Below, piece by piece: positions 28,300 to 42,189 of a stretch of DNA of 64,000 bases (position 1 is its first letter; each line of letters begins with the position of its first letter). Origin of the DNA: Octopus vulgaris (taxonomy: Eukaryota); NCBI GenBank assembly GCA_951406725.2, contig OX597821.1, positions 14,818,001 through 14,882,000 on the forward strand, read 5' to 3'. The position numbers and the translations under genes were made by a program. The notes beneath the pieces are model-generated. The model had not been told where the DNA came from and searched no databases. It saw only the letters and a list, made by a program, of their open reading frames with translations.

Positions 28300-28830
28300 A
28301 AACTTTTATCATGTCGTATATATGAAACTATGATTTAAAGTTTGAGACTGGGGCACTTCACTACAATAGAACGCGACAAGTTACATAACATACCGAAAAT
28401 ATCAACCTGAATCCTAGATTTGTAGAAAGTGTAACATATTTTCATAACTGAATATTGTATATCAGCTAAGAAAACGTATAAAGGCAAGTATAACAATATT
28501 ACAATGATTATCTGTTGAGAATTATTTAAAATCCGTGAATTGGAATGTACAATATTGTAATGTAATTTTGGTTAAGTGTATCAAAATCTTTTGAGATTTC
28601 TCCGTTGAAGTACAATTATAACAGCAGAAGAGGAACTGACATTGTTGTAGAGATAAAACGCTCTTTGGAATATGAAATAATATTGACGGTTTTATTTAAG
28701 ATATAAAATTAATGAATATTGTAATGCCAAAGAAACCAGAGTTGGGGAAAAGGAACATGGAAAAGCAGTTGTAGACTTACTCAGTTGAGAATTAAAACGT
28801 ATAAATTTATTAAAGAAGATGTCTGGGTTT
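28300..28830 (+). pseudogene. Highly decayed RLE-type (R4/Dong/NeSL-like) non-LTR retrotransposon C-terminus
   Basis: Patchy translation: H.TIE.DKL, I.*DFS..VQ..I.ARRxDIVVxDK, IID, ETRVGEKEHGK, LS*ELKR; many stops and frameshifts. Confidence 0.5.
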
Positions 28831-29029
28831 CCACGTATCGTCTATTACAGATTTAGCTAGTAGTTCACTAAGACAGCTAATAGAACACAGAACTTCAACG
28901 AGATGCACTGAAAATTTTAATGCAGTTTTAAAAATAAGGAAAAAAAAACGCAAGAAAGCGACGACAAAAGCTCTTGCATGGTTCCACTCTACAGAATTGC
29001 ACCGCCCTTATGATTCTGCTTCTACTACT

Positions 29030-30550
29030 AATAATGTCTTCCAATTTTAGCAAAAGGCCAGCAATTCCAGGGGAGGGGTAAATCGATTACATCGACCCTA
29101 GTGCTCTGCTGGTACTTATTGCATTGAGCCTGAAAGGATGAAAGGCAAAATTGACCTCGGTGGAATTTGAACTCAGAACGTAAAGACGGACGAAATACTG
29201 TTAAGCATTTTGTCCGGCGAGCTAACGATTCAGCCAGCTCACCGCCTTTCCTACTTCTAGAAATAACAGCTATGGATCTAGGCGCAAAGTTAGCAAGATT
29301 TTGATGGGCATGATTACAATCGATTGTATCTGTATTGAAATTTATTTTATCAACACCGAAAGGATGCAAAATAAAAATAACTTCGGCAGAATTTGAACTC
29401 GGAACGTAAAAAATTGGATAAAAATTGCTACAAAGCAATTTGTCCGACGCGCTAGCTATTTTCCCATTTCACCGTCTTTGTCATAAAATCCTTCTTAAAA
29501 TAAGTACAAAGCCTGAAATTTTTGGTGAGGGGGTCTAGTCGGTTACATCGACCCCATACTTTGACTGGTACTTAATTTATCAACCCCAAAAGGATCAAAA
29601 GCAAAGTCTACCTAGGCTGAATATGGTTTCATTAACCATTTTGTCCGGAATGCTATCGTTTCTTATTTCTTTATTGACCACGCGGGGCTAAACATCGAGG
29701 AGACAAACAAGGACAGATAAAGGGATTAGGTCGATTACATCGACTCCAGTGCGTAACTGGTACTTAATTAATCGACCCCGAAAGGATGAAAGGCAAAGTC
29801 GACCTCGGCGGAATTTGAACTCAGAACGTAACGGCAGACGAAATACCGCTAAGCATTTGGCCCAGAATGCTATCGTTTCTGCCAGCTCACCACATTTGTT
29901 ACATCATTTGTTGATATATTAGTCGTCTAATAATGTTGTTAATTTCTAACTTTGGTACAAAGTCACATATTTATTAAGGGAAAATTGAATTTAGTTGACC
30001 AAACTGATCCTTACAGGAAGTGATAATTACATCAACTCTGACCTTACTTGGATCACAAAACTTAGAGAAGAGACTGAATATCGTCAGCCATTATTAATAA
30101 AGATTAGAAGGATAGCGGATGAATAGAATCGTTAGGGCGTCGGAAATAAATGCCTTGCACTATTGAGTCCGCCTTTTATATGATCAGAATTAAAATCCCG
30201 TCAATGTCAAATACGGGTAGATAAAATAAAATACCACTCTAGTACTAAGGTCCATTTATTTCGATAAGCCTACTCCTTTTCCACAAAATTTCCGGTCTCG
30301 TGCTTAGGTTATAAGCAATTATAAGAATTAGAAAAGTAATGGACTGACAAAATTGTTAGGGCGTTGGACAACCCGCCGACAAAGAACTCTTGTTATGATC
30401 CTTTACGATTTAAGCTGAAATCTCATCGAATTTAACTTTCATCCCTCAAGAGTCAACAGAAGAAAGTAGGAAAGTATTGAGGTAGATATAATCGATTTGC
30501 CACCACTCCTACACCATGATTTCCGGCCTTGTGCGTATGTTAGAAATAAC
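29030..30550. mobile_element. Dense cluster of ~7 SINE family C copies of different ages, including one nested insertion
   Basis: Minus copies 29030-29250, 29270-29480, 29490-29892 (nested), 29940-30090; plus copies 30110-30320, 30340-30550. Confidence 0.75.
29664..29864 (-). mobile_element. Young tail-1 SINE C inserted into the tRNA head of an older SINE C
   Basis: 16-bp TSD GAATGCTATCGTTTCT at 29648-29663 and 29865-29880, carrying host-private substitutions. Confidence 0.85.
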
Positions 30551-31531
30551 TATTAAGATTAGATACGAATTCAAATGAGCAAAGAATTGGAGGTCGCGAC
30601 TTCATGCTTTTCTAAGAAGTATTTTATGTAATAAACGAAGCACTTCGAATCAGAATATGGAGACACCGCCATCCACATAAATGACTTACAGAAATGCTGT
30701 TTGGAGTAAACAACTAAATTTCATTAATTTTATGTCTTAAAAGGAAACCGTAAAGGCTGTAGCATACACCACTAATGCTAGATATTGGAGCAGTATTTAA
30801 TCTAGACCTCTTTTTGCGAGCTTACTATGAGATACTGGTTAACAGTCATACATATTCGACAATGGCGACTACAGTCTGCAATTTCTTTGTCTCCATTTGA
30901 ATTTAGTGTTGTGTGAGTGCTTGCATTTAACTGTGCCTAGTAGAGCGTATAAGCTTTTATGAAAGTCATTGAATACGTATGTGGATGTGAGTTTCGTATC
31001 ATAGGAGTGAAGGAAACAAGATCAATTATATTGGTTCCGTCTTAAAACCTACCACTTAGTGGAATTAGTTGACATTTTCTCATTTCGTGACACTCGGCTT
31101 ACACCGATTAAGCTTCGTCATTGCAGCATGTGTGTTCAGCGACGCTTATGTGTACACATGTATTATGATGTGTACTTACGAATATACGCAAATACAGACA
31201 CACACACCAAACAAACATCTGTCTATCACCATCATCATTGTTGATTAGTGAGACAGTAATGTGCTCTGACAAAATTACACGCCTACACATTGCACATACA
31301 CACAAACACACTTATACTCACCTCACACAAACACAACTACAAACTTAGGAGCATTTCCTTGCATTTAGATGTAAAATGACTCCGACGAACACTTATCCGC
31401 ACAACGTAATTGTTTTGCTGTTTAATAACGCTAATGTTATAATTTACATAAATGAACGCATTCATGCACACAGCATACGCATTTTTAGCACTAAATGAAT
31501 TTTCAGTGCAGAACATTTAAAAACAAGCATA

Positions 31532-31587
<56 letters not shown>

Positions 31588-31611
31588 CGTGCGTGTGTGT
31601 GTGCGTGTGTG

Positions 31612-31678
<67 letters not shown>

Positions 31679-31731
31679 TTATATACATATAAATATATAT
31701 ATATATGCATATATATATTTATATATATGTG

Positions 31732-31793
<62 letters not shown>

Positions 31794-32764
31794 ATATATA
31801 TATAGAATATATGCATATACATACACACACACACATATATATATATACATACATACATTTATAATACATACGTACATACATAGATAATATATATACGCGG
31901 TGTGTTTACGGTTGTAAATATTATGAACTCATTTAATGTTCGAAATGCATGTCTATATGCATTTATATTCACAGACACACACATATACATATATATATAT
32001 ATATTATATATATGTATATATATATATATATATATACATGTATATATATGCATATATATATTTATATATATGCATACATGCAATGGTTATATATATATAT
32101 ATATATACTTATATGTGTGTTTGTTCGTGAATACATACATACATAAATACATACATACATACATACACACACACAAACACACTAGCACACACATATAGTA
32201 ATGTATACAACCTGCATAGGTGCTTATGTACAATAACATACTAAATTCATTGCGACAGAACTGACTTAGTGATGGTAATCTGCACTTAAATGCAATCAAA
32301 ATGACACACAGCCCCGACACACACAAGAAATAATTTCATAAGCTCTTCAATACATATTCCTTTGCACAAACAATACAATAAAAGTGTATTTATAAACATA
32401 TATGCGGCCATATGCTTCTAGATATGAATAACGATTGTATATAAATATTTATTCGGGAACATTAACATATATGAATATATATATACACATTCAGAGTAGA
32501 CACACGTGAAATGGAAAGTAACCCTACTACCTGTGCGCATTGGCTATTCTCCATATTTATGAGAAATTTCGAGCGATCACCTTGTACAAATATTCATACA
32601 GGGTCGGTATTAATGCCTGCAATGAATGCATATATACACTTATTCGCATTCTTGGGACTATATTCGTGTATCTCTATTTTACTGATTGTTCAGAGAGGTT
32701 ACGGGAGTAAACTGGGAACACTGGACAGGTATTTGCTCTTTAAATATTTCTCTTATAAATAATA

Positions 32765-32969
32765 ATAATGGTAATTTCATATAAACTTAAAGCTTATGGC
32801 AATCACCGTGCAATGACGAAGGAAAATAGTCTAATAAAGGGGCTTATATGCTCCTTTATTATTGAGCGAAAACACTCCCTGTCGAGGGCTTATATGCCCC
32901 TATATTAGACTATTTTCCTTAATCATTGCACAGTGATCGCCATAAGCTTTAAGTTTATATAAAAATACC

Positions 32970-32974
<5 letters not shown>
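32765..32974. repeat. Fold-back inverted repeat, ~90-bp arms, next to (TA)n
   Basis: Arms 32765-32853 and 32884-32974 are imperfect reverse complements. Confidence 0.85.
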
Positions 32975-33016
<42 letters not shown>

Positions 33017-33259
33017 GGAGATGTACTTGCATAACAAGTGACCTGATCTGAGATCTTGTGCTTGAACGAAAACAATTGCAGCGGGGAAGGTGTTTATAAA
33101 CCATTTAAAGACAGATGCAGCACGGAATTTTGTCACTGAACATGTCGCGGTCTCAAAGCGACAAAAATATTTCGGCAAATTAAATTTAAACGTTGTGGTG
33201 AATCTACCGGTTTTTGTGTGTTTTTAAATGGCTTATAAACACCTTCAACGCTGCAACTG

Positions 33260-33263
<4 letters not shown>
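33017..33263. mobile_element. Penelope-like pLTR remnant with inverted arms and a degenerate hammerhead, between (TA)n tracts
   Basis: Arms 33069-33113 / 33218-33263; CTGAACA-TGTCGC..GCGAC-AAAA in the spacer resembles a decayed core and stem II. Confidence 0.55.
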
Positions 33264-33340
<77 letters not shown>

Positions 33341-33442
33341 TTGAAAAATAGGATAAAATCTTTATAAGAATTTATCAAGTAGTTAGCGTGAAAAACCTCA
33401 TAAGTGAAAAATCCATCAATTTTTCTCTTAAATATATTTACA

Positions 33443-33591
33443 TATTAATATTGAGGGCATTACTATACATAAATGCCACACGCTAGGAGGGACTCTTAAA
33501 GTCAAAACTACCAACTATTTTGGTAGTATTGACTTTAAGAATCCCTCCTAGCGTGTGGCATTTATGTATAGTAATGCCCTTAATATTAATA
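33443..33591. repeat. Near-perfect 72-bp-arm hairpin
   Basis: Arms 33443-33514 / 33520-33591, 3 mismatches, 5-nt loop. Confidence 0.9.
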
Positions 33592-33806
33592 ATATATATA
33601 CATATATATACATAAATATACATATACATATACATACATATACATACATATACATATACATATATACATATATATATATATACATGAATATATATACATA
33701 CATACATATATATGCATACATATATATACATATACATACATACATATATATATATACATATATATACATATACATACATATACATACATACATATATATA
33801 TATATG

Positions 33807-33838
<32 letters not shown>

Positions 33839-33995
33839 CATATACATACATATACATACATACATAAATATATATATGTATATATATATACATATATATA
33901 TATACATACATATATATGCATACATATATATACATACATACATATACATATATATATATACATACATATATATATATATACATATATATACATAC

Positions 33996-34055
<60 letters not shown>

Positions 34056-34211
34056 TATACCCCCTTCGGTCACATATATGGGTTATACATGTATATACAT
34101 ACCTATACACAAGTCATACATATACATACATATACATACATACATATACATATATATACATACATATACATATATATATATATGCAATATATATATATAT
34201 ATATATATATA
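33592..34211. repeat. (TA)n/(TACA)n/(TATACA)n low-complexity tract
   Basis: Direct reading. Confidence 0.95.
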
Positions 34212-34726
34212 ATTCGCTTAGGTATTGGAAGACTAATAACCCGGTGTAGAACTCAATATACATATGTTTCAGAAGGAAGTGTTAGCTGAGTAGAGAGCGG
34301 TGATAAGAAAGATAGACGAATGATAGGAATGAATGATTATCTTATGAACTCCGTTAGCTTACAGCTGTTTGTGCATAGTTGACGGTTGAACAACATACAG
34401 TAACTTCATCGGAGCGTCGATATTTCTATCTTCCTTTGTCATCACTATTTCTTAACCACCGCTCCACACATGTATATATGCATGCACATATACTGTGTGT
34501 GAATATAAATATATAATAGGAGAAACAGAAAATGGAATTCAAGAGATTCTTTGTTAGAGCCACGATCGTTTCGGCCCATCAAGCACTTATACCTTACAGG
34601 TGAGATGTTGCACATACATTTAGTACTTTGTTGTACATCGTCTCACCTGTAGGGTACGGGTGCATGGTGGGTCGAAAGGAATATAGTGGTTCAGAATAAA
34701 GTCTGAATATGTGTGTGTGTGTGTGT

Positions 34727-35100
34727 GCAGGCGCAATGGCCCAGTGGTTAGAGCAGCGGACTGACGGTCATTGGATCGCGGCTTCGATTCCCAGACTGGG
34801 CATTGTGAGTGTTTATTGAGCGAAAACACCTAAAGCTCCACGAGGCTCCGGCAAAAGGTGGTCGCGAACCCTGCTGTATTCTTTCACCACAACTTTCATT
34901 CTTTTTTCCTGTTTCAGTTGTACTTGTATTTCAAAGGGCCAGCCTTGTCACACAATGTGTCACGCTGAATCTTCCTAAGAACTACGTTAAGTGTACACGT
35001 GTCTGTGGAGAGCTCAGCCACTTGCACGTTAATTTCACGAGCTGGCTGTTCCGTTGATCGGATCAACTGGGACCCTTTTTGTCGTAGCCGACGGAGTGCC
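34727..35100 (+). mobile_element. SINE family B, long-tail type
   Basis: Colinear with 38053-38433. Confidence 0.9.
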
Positions 35101-35961
35101 ATGACGATATATATATATATATATATATATATGTGTTTGTGTGTGTGTGTATGTGTGCGCGCGCATGTGATACACACACACACACTTATATATAGCTTAA
35201 AAGAGTCTATATACTTCCAGCCAGCATATCTGAAGAATCGCCAATGCTGTGAAATGTAATCTTCAGCGTGAAATCAACGGTCACATCCTGACCAGTTATA
35301 TGGCATAATCATACTGCTCAATGTAAAAATATAATCACCCAATTTCTATTTTAGAGTGGATTCTATTTCTGAGGGACAGCTAAACTATTACACACACACA
35401 CACACACACACACATCCTTATAGAGATAGACTTGCAATATCATTTACCTGTAAGATTTCAGTACACTAGAGAATGATATGAAGGGTGAAGCCATGTAAAG
35501 TATTCCTAATTCCTTACACGTTCAATCAGCAATTTAATCTCGAAATCTCTCTTATCCGTCAGATAAGTCGATTTACCCGCGTTTAGTTCTAAGAATGCAA
35601 ATGAGTGCAAACATATATTCATTGCTTTACAAAAGTCCCCTGTATAAACATTTTTATTTTGCGGTCCTTTAAATATGTAGTCAGAAAACAAAAAAAGCCA
35701 ACACACGCGTGAAATAACATTACTTTTAATTGCACACGCCTGAAGATATGTGTATACTCTTGCATGTTTATGTGCAGGAATAAGTATACATACATGACTA
35801 TTATTCGTATCTATATACACATGCATATGAGTGGATGTATATTTACAAATATGCTTTTATTTCTTTATGAGATGGTGCATAGGAAAATATATTGAAGAGA
35901 CTATAACGTTTCCACATGGATGTATTTGTGTGCACTTATGAGTGTGTGTATGAATAAATAA

Positions 35962-36014
<53 letters not shown>

Positions 36015-37509
36015 TGTATGTATGTATATATAAGATGCAGTGGCGGTGCTTTATTCAAGTGCATTAGTGGTTTAAAGGAAAATAGTTCCTCGCTGTTTAA
36101 CTATTTACCGAGACTTTATAGCCACAACACTTCAAAGCACAAGAAATCAATTGTCCCCCAAAAATCAATGCTCGGCATTCGATCTGTAAGCTCTAAAGGT
36201 ATTAAGTTAGGTGCATAGGTGGTGGTCAACCAAAGTTTGTTTTCAGAGCGCTCAAAGTACCGGCAACTTTTACTTTCATTTATTAAAGTTAGATGTGTGG
36301 GTTTGTACTGAATCCAGTTCATGAATAAAGCAATAACCCCCCCCCAAAAAAAACACCCCTCCAACCAAACAAGTACCACTACACAGGTAAATGTAAAAGA
36401 AACACAGACATGTATATATAATGTGTGTATATGCATATATATGGTATAAAATATATATATGTATATACATACATACACACACTTATATATACTATGCACG
36501 CACATAAACACACACACACACACACACAGAATGAATGTATATATATGTGTGTGTGTATATATATATATAAATATATGCATACATATATATGTGTGTGCAT
36601 ATATGTATTACGTGTTTGTATATGCATATGTATATATATATGGTATATAATTATATATATATATATATATCTTCTACATCAATCTATATACATGTATATA
36701 TAATACATATATAGACATATGTATATATTTATATATATGTTTACGCATCTTTCTCTTTCTCTGTATACACACACACACACAAACACAAACACACACACAC
36801 ATACATGCAAGGCTTATCGAATGCCCTGTTGCTCTTGAGTTTCTCAGACATGCTTGTTTCTTAGATAGGAACAGAGAGATCCAATTTATTCCTAATTGAA
36901 GAGCCGACGATACACCGGGAAATTTCTAGCACTCATGTGCATATGTATTTACGATATTGTCAATGGTCACTATATGTAATTAAAATAAAATTTCGCGCAC
37001 ACTTATATATACAAACAAGCATACGTCAGTCATACTTTTTTTCAGAATTTATTATAAGATGAAGTAGTCTGAATAGTGAACAAACTGATGTAGCTTTTGA
37101 ACAAAGAAGTTGATATGCATACTCAGACGGACACGCATTCCATCCATCCATCCATCCATCCATCCACACACACACACACACACGGACTCGTATATGTGTA
37201 GTCAATCACACAATCATTCATCAACTCGATTTGGATTGCCTTTTGCTGATCACTTAAATCATTAATTATATTAAAGATTAATTTAGGATTTCAACTTACA
37301 GAAATTGTCCACTGGACCATGACGGTACCGCCACAGAAGCGCGCCTGCAATGAAAAAATAAAAGCAAAATATATAAGTTGAATCTAATATAAAGATAATT
37401 GCATACATAATTGCATAGTGTAAAACATATAATTAAACATTCAAACATCGTCACAATCTTTACCAATCCTGCTGCATTTCACAAGAAATTATTGGTTCGC
37501 CAAAGTCAT

Positions 37510-37592
37510 CTCGGTGTACAAGTTGACCCCCCTGTGTTTTGGCTGTAAATTTTGGCGCGAAAAGTTTGATGTGTTTACCAGAAAACACGGTA
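37510..37592. mobile_element. Possible decayed Tc1/mariner (pogo/Tc2-like) terminal fragment
   Basis: Ends ...CCAGAAAACACGG-TA with an internal GTGTACAAGTTGACCCCCC repeat typical of such ends; no partner end found. Confidence 0.35.
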
Positions 37593-37711
37593 AATAATCT
37601 AATGATTATTATTCGATTTTACCAAAATAATTGAAAAAACTTGACATCAATATATCAAAACATCAATAACATCTGATTCACAGGACAGGTGTAATTCTTT
37701 CTCATTATAAA

Positions 37712-38020
37712 ATTTTACTTGTTTCATTCATTGGACAACGGCCATGCTAGAGTACCACCAGGAAGATTTTAGACGAACAAATCGATCCCAGTACTTTTTT
37801 TCTTTAAAGTCTGGTACTAATCCTATCAGACCATTTTGCAGAGCCACTAAGTTATGGGGACGCAAGCAAACAAACATCGATTGTCAAGTGGTGCTGGTGA
37901 GGAGACTAATACAAACATACATATAGAATGAGTTTCCGCAGTTTTCATCTATAAAATTCAGTTGCAAGGTATTGGCTGACCTGGAGGCGGGTATAGTAGA
38001 AGACGATTGCCTAATGCGTC
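37712..38020 (-). mobile_element. Old SINE family A fragment
   Basis: Colinear but diverged. Confidence 0.65.
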
Positions 38021-38052
38021 ACTTCTTAATTACTCAGGACTCTCCGAAATTG

Positions 38053-38433
38053 GTGGAGGCGCAATGGCCCAGTGGTTAGGGCAGCAGACTCGCGGTCGTA
38101 GGATCGCGGTTTCGATTCCCAGACCGGGCATTGTGAGTGTTTATTGAGCGAAAACACCTAAAGCTTCACGAGGCTCCGGCAGGGGATGGTGGTGATCCCT
38201 GCTGTACTCATTCACCACAACTTTCTCTTACTTCCTGTTTCTGTTGTACCTGTATTTCAAGGGCCGGCCTTGTCACTCTCTGTGTCACGCTGAATATCCC
38301 CGAGAACTACGTTAAGGGTACACGTGTCTGTGGAGTGCTCAGCCACTTACACGTTAATTTCACGAGCAGGCTGTTCCGTTGATTCGGATCAATCGGAACC
38401 CTCGTCGTCGTAACCAACGGAGTGCTTCCATCC
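38053..38433 (+). mobile_element. SINE family B, long-tail type, full length
   Basis: A/B boxes, (CCAT) tail, TSD ACTCAGGACT at 38032-38041 and 38434-38443 with 11 extra 5' nucleotides. Confidence 0.9.
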
Positions 38434-39097
38434 ACTCAGGACTGCCTACAGCAGTAAACGATACACATCAAATAAACCTCTTTTGTTTCTCTTTTTCTGG
38501 TCCTATTTCATTCACTTTTCGCGGTCACGTTCCACTAAGGAATATTTGATTAAATTGCGCATTTAAGAATAGGAAAGTCAACTTTTTGAAATCTAGCTTA
38601 TTTTTCTAAAAATCGAAGTACTCAAGATTCTGTGGAATAATAAAATTCTTTGCGCACGTAACAGAACAAAGCTATTTTTACGAGGAAGCCAATAATTGCA
38701 TTCAGAAAAGAAATTTTAATAAATGTATATTCTAACCCTCTTTGTCGAATTCTTGAAATTTTTATTTTGCTCCCCACGTAGGAAACCCGTGTTCTAAAAG
38801 AATGAAAGGCTGGGTCGATAGGCATAAGATTTGTTAGCAGAAATAGAAACACAGCCGTAGCCTATTAAAAGAAGCCAAATAAGAACAATAAAAAAAAAAA
38901 CAAAAAAACTACAACCCTTGTTGCAAAACAAACTGCTTCGCAGAACAATATTGCCTACATCCACATAACCCAAACTTTGTAATCATCCCTCCACTAATCA
39001 CAAACATATAGGCGAGAGAGAAAGAGAGAAAGAGAGAGAGAGAGAGAAAGTTAAAGAGAAAGAAAGAAAGAGAGAGAGAGTAAATATATATACATGC

Positions 39098-39128
<31 letters not shown>

Positions 39129-39480
39129 CCTTAATCGATTTCGATACCAAATAAGACATAAGTTTCAATCATTTGTGGGTGATCGATTTCTTTGACAGAA
39201 GAATATTCACGGAAACTTTGCAAGAGCAGACGATAGCCACAAGAAATAAACAGGATACTTTGAAAAGGACACAGTCGATATTATTGAGAGAATGTAGACA
39301 ATATGGCGACAGGGAGATGTTGATGTTATCTTTATATTTGTCTTTTGTTCCACAAAATAACCGAAATATCACTCAAAATTTCGGCAAAAATAATATTGAT
39401 CTTATGGGTATACATACACACGCACATGCATATACATATATACATACATACATACATACATACACAATATATATATATGT

Positions 39481-39512
<32 letters not shown>

Positions 39513-39538
39513 TTTCATACACAATATATATGTATGTA

Positions 39539-39579
<41 letters not shown>

Positions 39580-40002
39580 TTTCACGCACACACACACACT
39601 GACATGCACACTGGAGGTGCGTGACTTAGTAGTTTCGTTGATGGACTCATGATCGTAAGATTGTGGTTTCGCTTCCTCGAGTAAAACAGTTATTCCAGTT
39701 TACTCAGGTGGCAAAAATGAGTAATGCTACCTAGTAATTCAGGTGGGCAATATATACACCATCATATATACACGCTGGGAAACCGTCCTCGTGAGTCTAT
39801 ATGACTAGGGAAGAATTTTATCCTTATCCTATACACATAGGCGCAGGAGGGGCCGTGTGGTAAGAAGATTGTTTCACAACGACGTGGTTCCGGGTTCAGT
39901 CCTACTGCGTGGCACTCTGAGCAAGTGTCGTCTACTATAGCCTGGAGCCGGCCAAAGACTTGTGAGTGGATTTGGTAGACGGAAACTGAAAAGAAGCCCG
40001 TC

Positions 40003-40043
<41 letters not shown>

Positions 40044-40046
40044 TAT

Positions 40047-40345
40047 GTGGAGGCGCAATGGTTAGGGCAGCGGACTCGCGGTCATAGGATCGCAGTTTCG
40101 ATTCCCAGAATGGGCGTTGTGTGTGTTAATTGAGCGAAAACACCTAAAAGCTCCACGAGGCTCCGGCAGGGGGTGGTGATCCCTGCTGTACTCTTTCACC
40201 ACTCTTTCTCTCACTCTTTCGTCTGTTGGCCTGCTCGCTTAGCCAGCGGGATGGCGTCATTCGAAGGCTAAAACAATGCGAATGCATTGTGACCAGCGAT
40301 GTGTAACAACATCTGATGGTCTGATCGGTCACGTGATCAGGTGAT
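40047..40345 (+). mobile_element. SINE family B, short-tail type, nested in SINE A
   Basis: Colinear with 17127-17437. Confidence 0.9.
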
Positions 40346-40348
40346 ATA

Positions 40349-40404
<56 letters not shown>

Positions 40405-40405
<1 letters not shown>

Positions 40406-40695
40406 TTAAGATTCAGTTGAATTATGTAGTTAAGTTGAAGCACCAAGTCAGTATGGTATTATCCGCACAGCTCGAAGCAACATAATAAGCAAAAGAATAT
40501 CAAGTAGTAATGCAGTACGAACGTTTCAAGCGGCTCCATTTAACTGAACAATGCAATCATTACATCAATTTAGATGCAGTGCCATCTTCAGCTGCACAAG
40601 TAAGTAAATATTTTGACAGAGTAAAAGCATGGTAGACATATCGCTTGAAACGGTCGTACTACATTACTACATGATAACCTGTTGCTTATTTTGAT

Positions 40696-40697
<2 letters not shown>
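40405..40697. mobile_element. Penelope-like mini-element with inverted arms; related copy at 43912-44088
   Basis: Arms ~40484-40533 / 40641-40692; starts AGATTCAGTTGAAT like 43914; contains a hammerhead core. Confidence 0.65.
40511..40596 (-). ncRNA. Candidate type I hammerhead ribozyme with extended stem II
   Basis: Minus strand UGCAG-CUGAAGA-(57 nt)-GAAAC-GUUC-GUA-CUGCA: stem I 5 bp, intact core, GUA triplet; stem II pairing uncertain. Confidence 0.55.
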
Positions 40698-40738
<41 letters not shown>

Positions 40739-40961
40739 ACGTGTGCTTGTGTGTGTGTGAGTGTCTGGGTTCGTCCTCCACTATCGCTTGGCAACCAATC
40801 TTGGTGTGTTTACGTCCCCTTAACTTAGCGGTTCGGCAAAAAGACCGATAGTGTAAGTACTAGGCTTACAAAAAATAAGTCCTGGGTTCGATTTATTCAA
40901 CTAAAAGCTGTGCTCCAGCATGGCCGCAGTCAAATGACCGACACAATTAAAAGAATAAAAG

Positions 40962-40997
<36 letters not shown>

Positions 40998-41069
40998 ACC
41001 TTTAAAAGTATTTTTTAATATGCTGGCCATTGATAGAATTTTTTTCGAAAAATTTTATCCTATACTTTA

Positions 41070-41482
<413 letters not shown>

Positions 41483-41491
41483 CACGTATAT

Positions 41492-41903
41492 ACTCTTTTA
41501 CTCTTTTACTTGTTTCAGTCATTTTGACTCCGGCCATGCTGGAGCACCGCCTCTAGTCGAGCAAATCGACCCCGGAACTTATTCTTTGTAAGCCCAGTAC
41601 TTATTCTATCGGTCTCTTTTGCCGAAACGATAAGTTACGGGGACGTAAACACACCAGCATCGGCTGTCAAGCAATGCTAGGGGGACAAACACACACACAC
41701 AAACACACACACACATACACACGCACACATATATATATACGACAGGCTTCTTTCAGTTTCCGTCTACCAAATCCACTCACAAGGCATTGGTCGGTCCGGG
41801 GCTATAGCAGAAGACACTAGCCCAAGATGCCACGCAGTGGGACTGAACCCGGAACCATGTGGTTGGTTAGCAAGCTACTTACCACACAGCCACTCCTGCG
41901 CCT
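41492..41903 (-). mobile_element. SINE family A, full length
   Basis: Colinear with 4529-4977. Confidence 0.9.
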
Positions 41904-42158
41904 GATATATATGATAAAAGCAATAATAACATTTAATGCATCACTACGCACATTTCCACAAATCACATGACTTTTAAGATCATACTCCATATTTCTGGGA
42001 TGATTACAATGTAATCCGTAGTATCCGTGGGCGTTTGGTTAATTACCATCATTGATTCATTTCTTTAGGCGATATATCATTCTCTTTTTGCCAGTATGAA
42101 GGTCAAACGGGTTATGTCGGCATTTCTGTGTGTATTTGGAGGGGAGGAACAGAAGGTG

Positions 42159-42189
<31 letters not shown>

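Larger units (their letters stand above)
39839..40961 (+). mobile_element. SINE family A split at its central microsatellite by nested insertions (head 39839-40004, tail 40735-40961)
   Basis: The two halves are colinear with full-length copies. Confidence 0.8.

Noticed and set aside
30655-30710. GDTAIHI ankyrin-like motif
   Set aside because: Stop codon follows within ten codons and the rest of the repeat consensus is absent
38053-38130. tRNA genes at SINE heads
   Set aside because: A and B boxes are present but there is no proper cloverleaf; they continue into SINE bodies with TSDs
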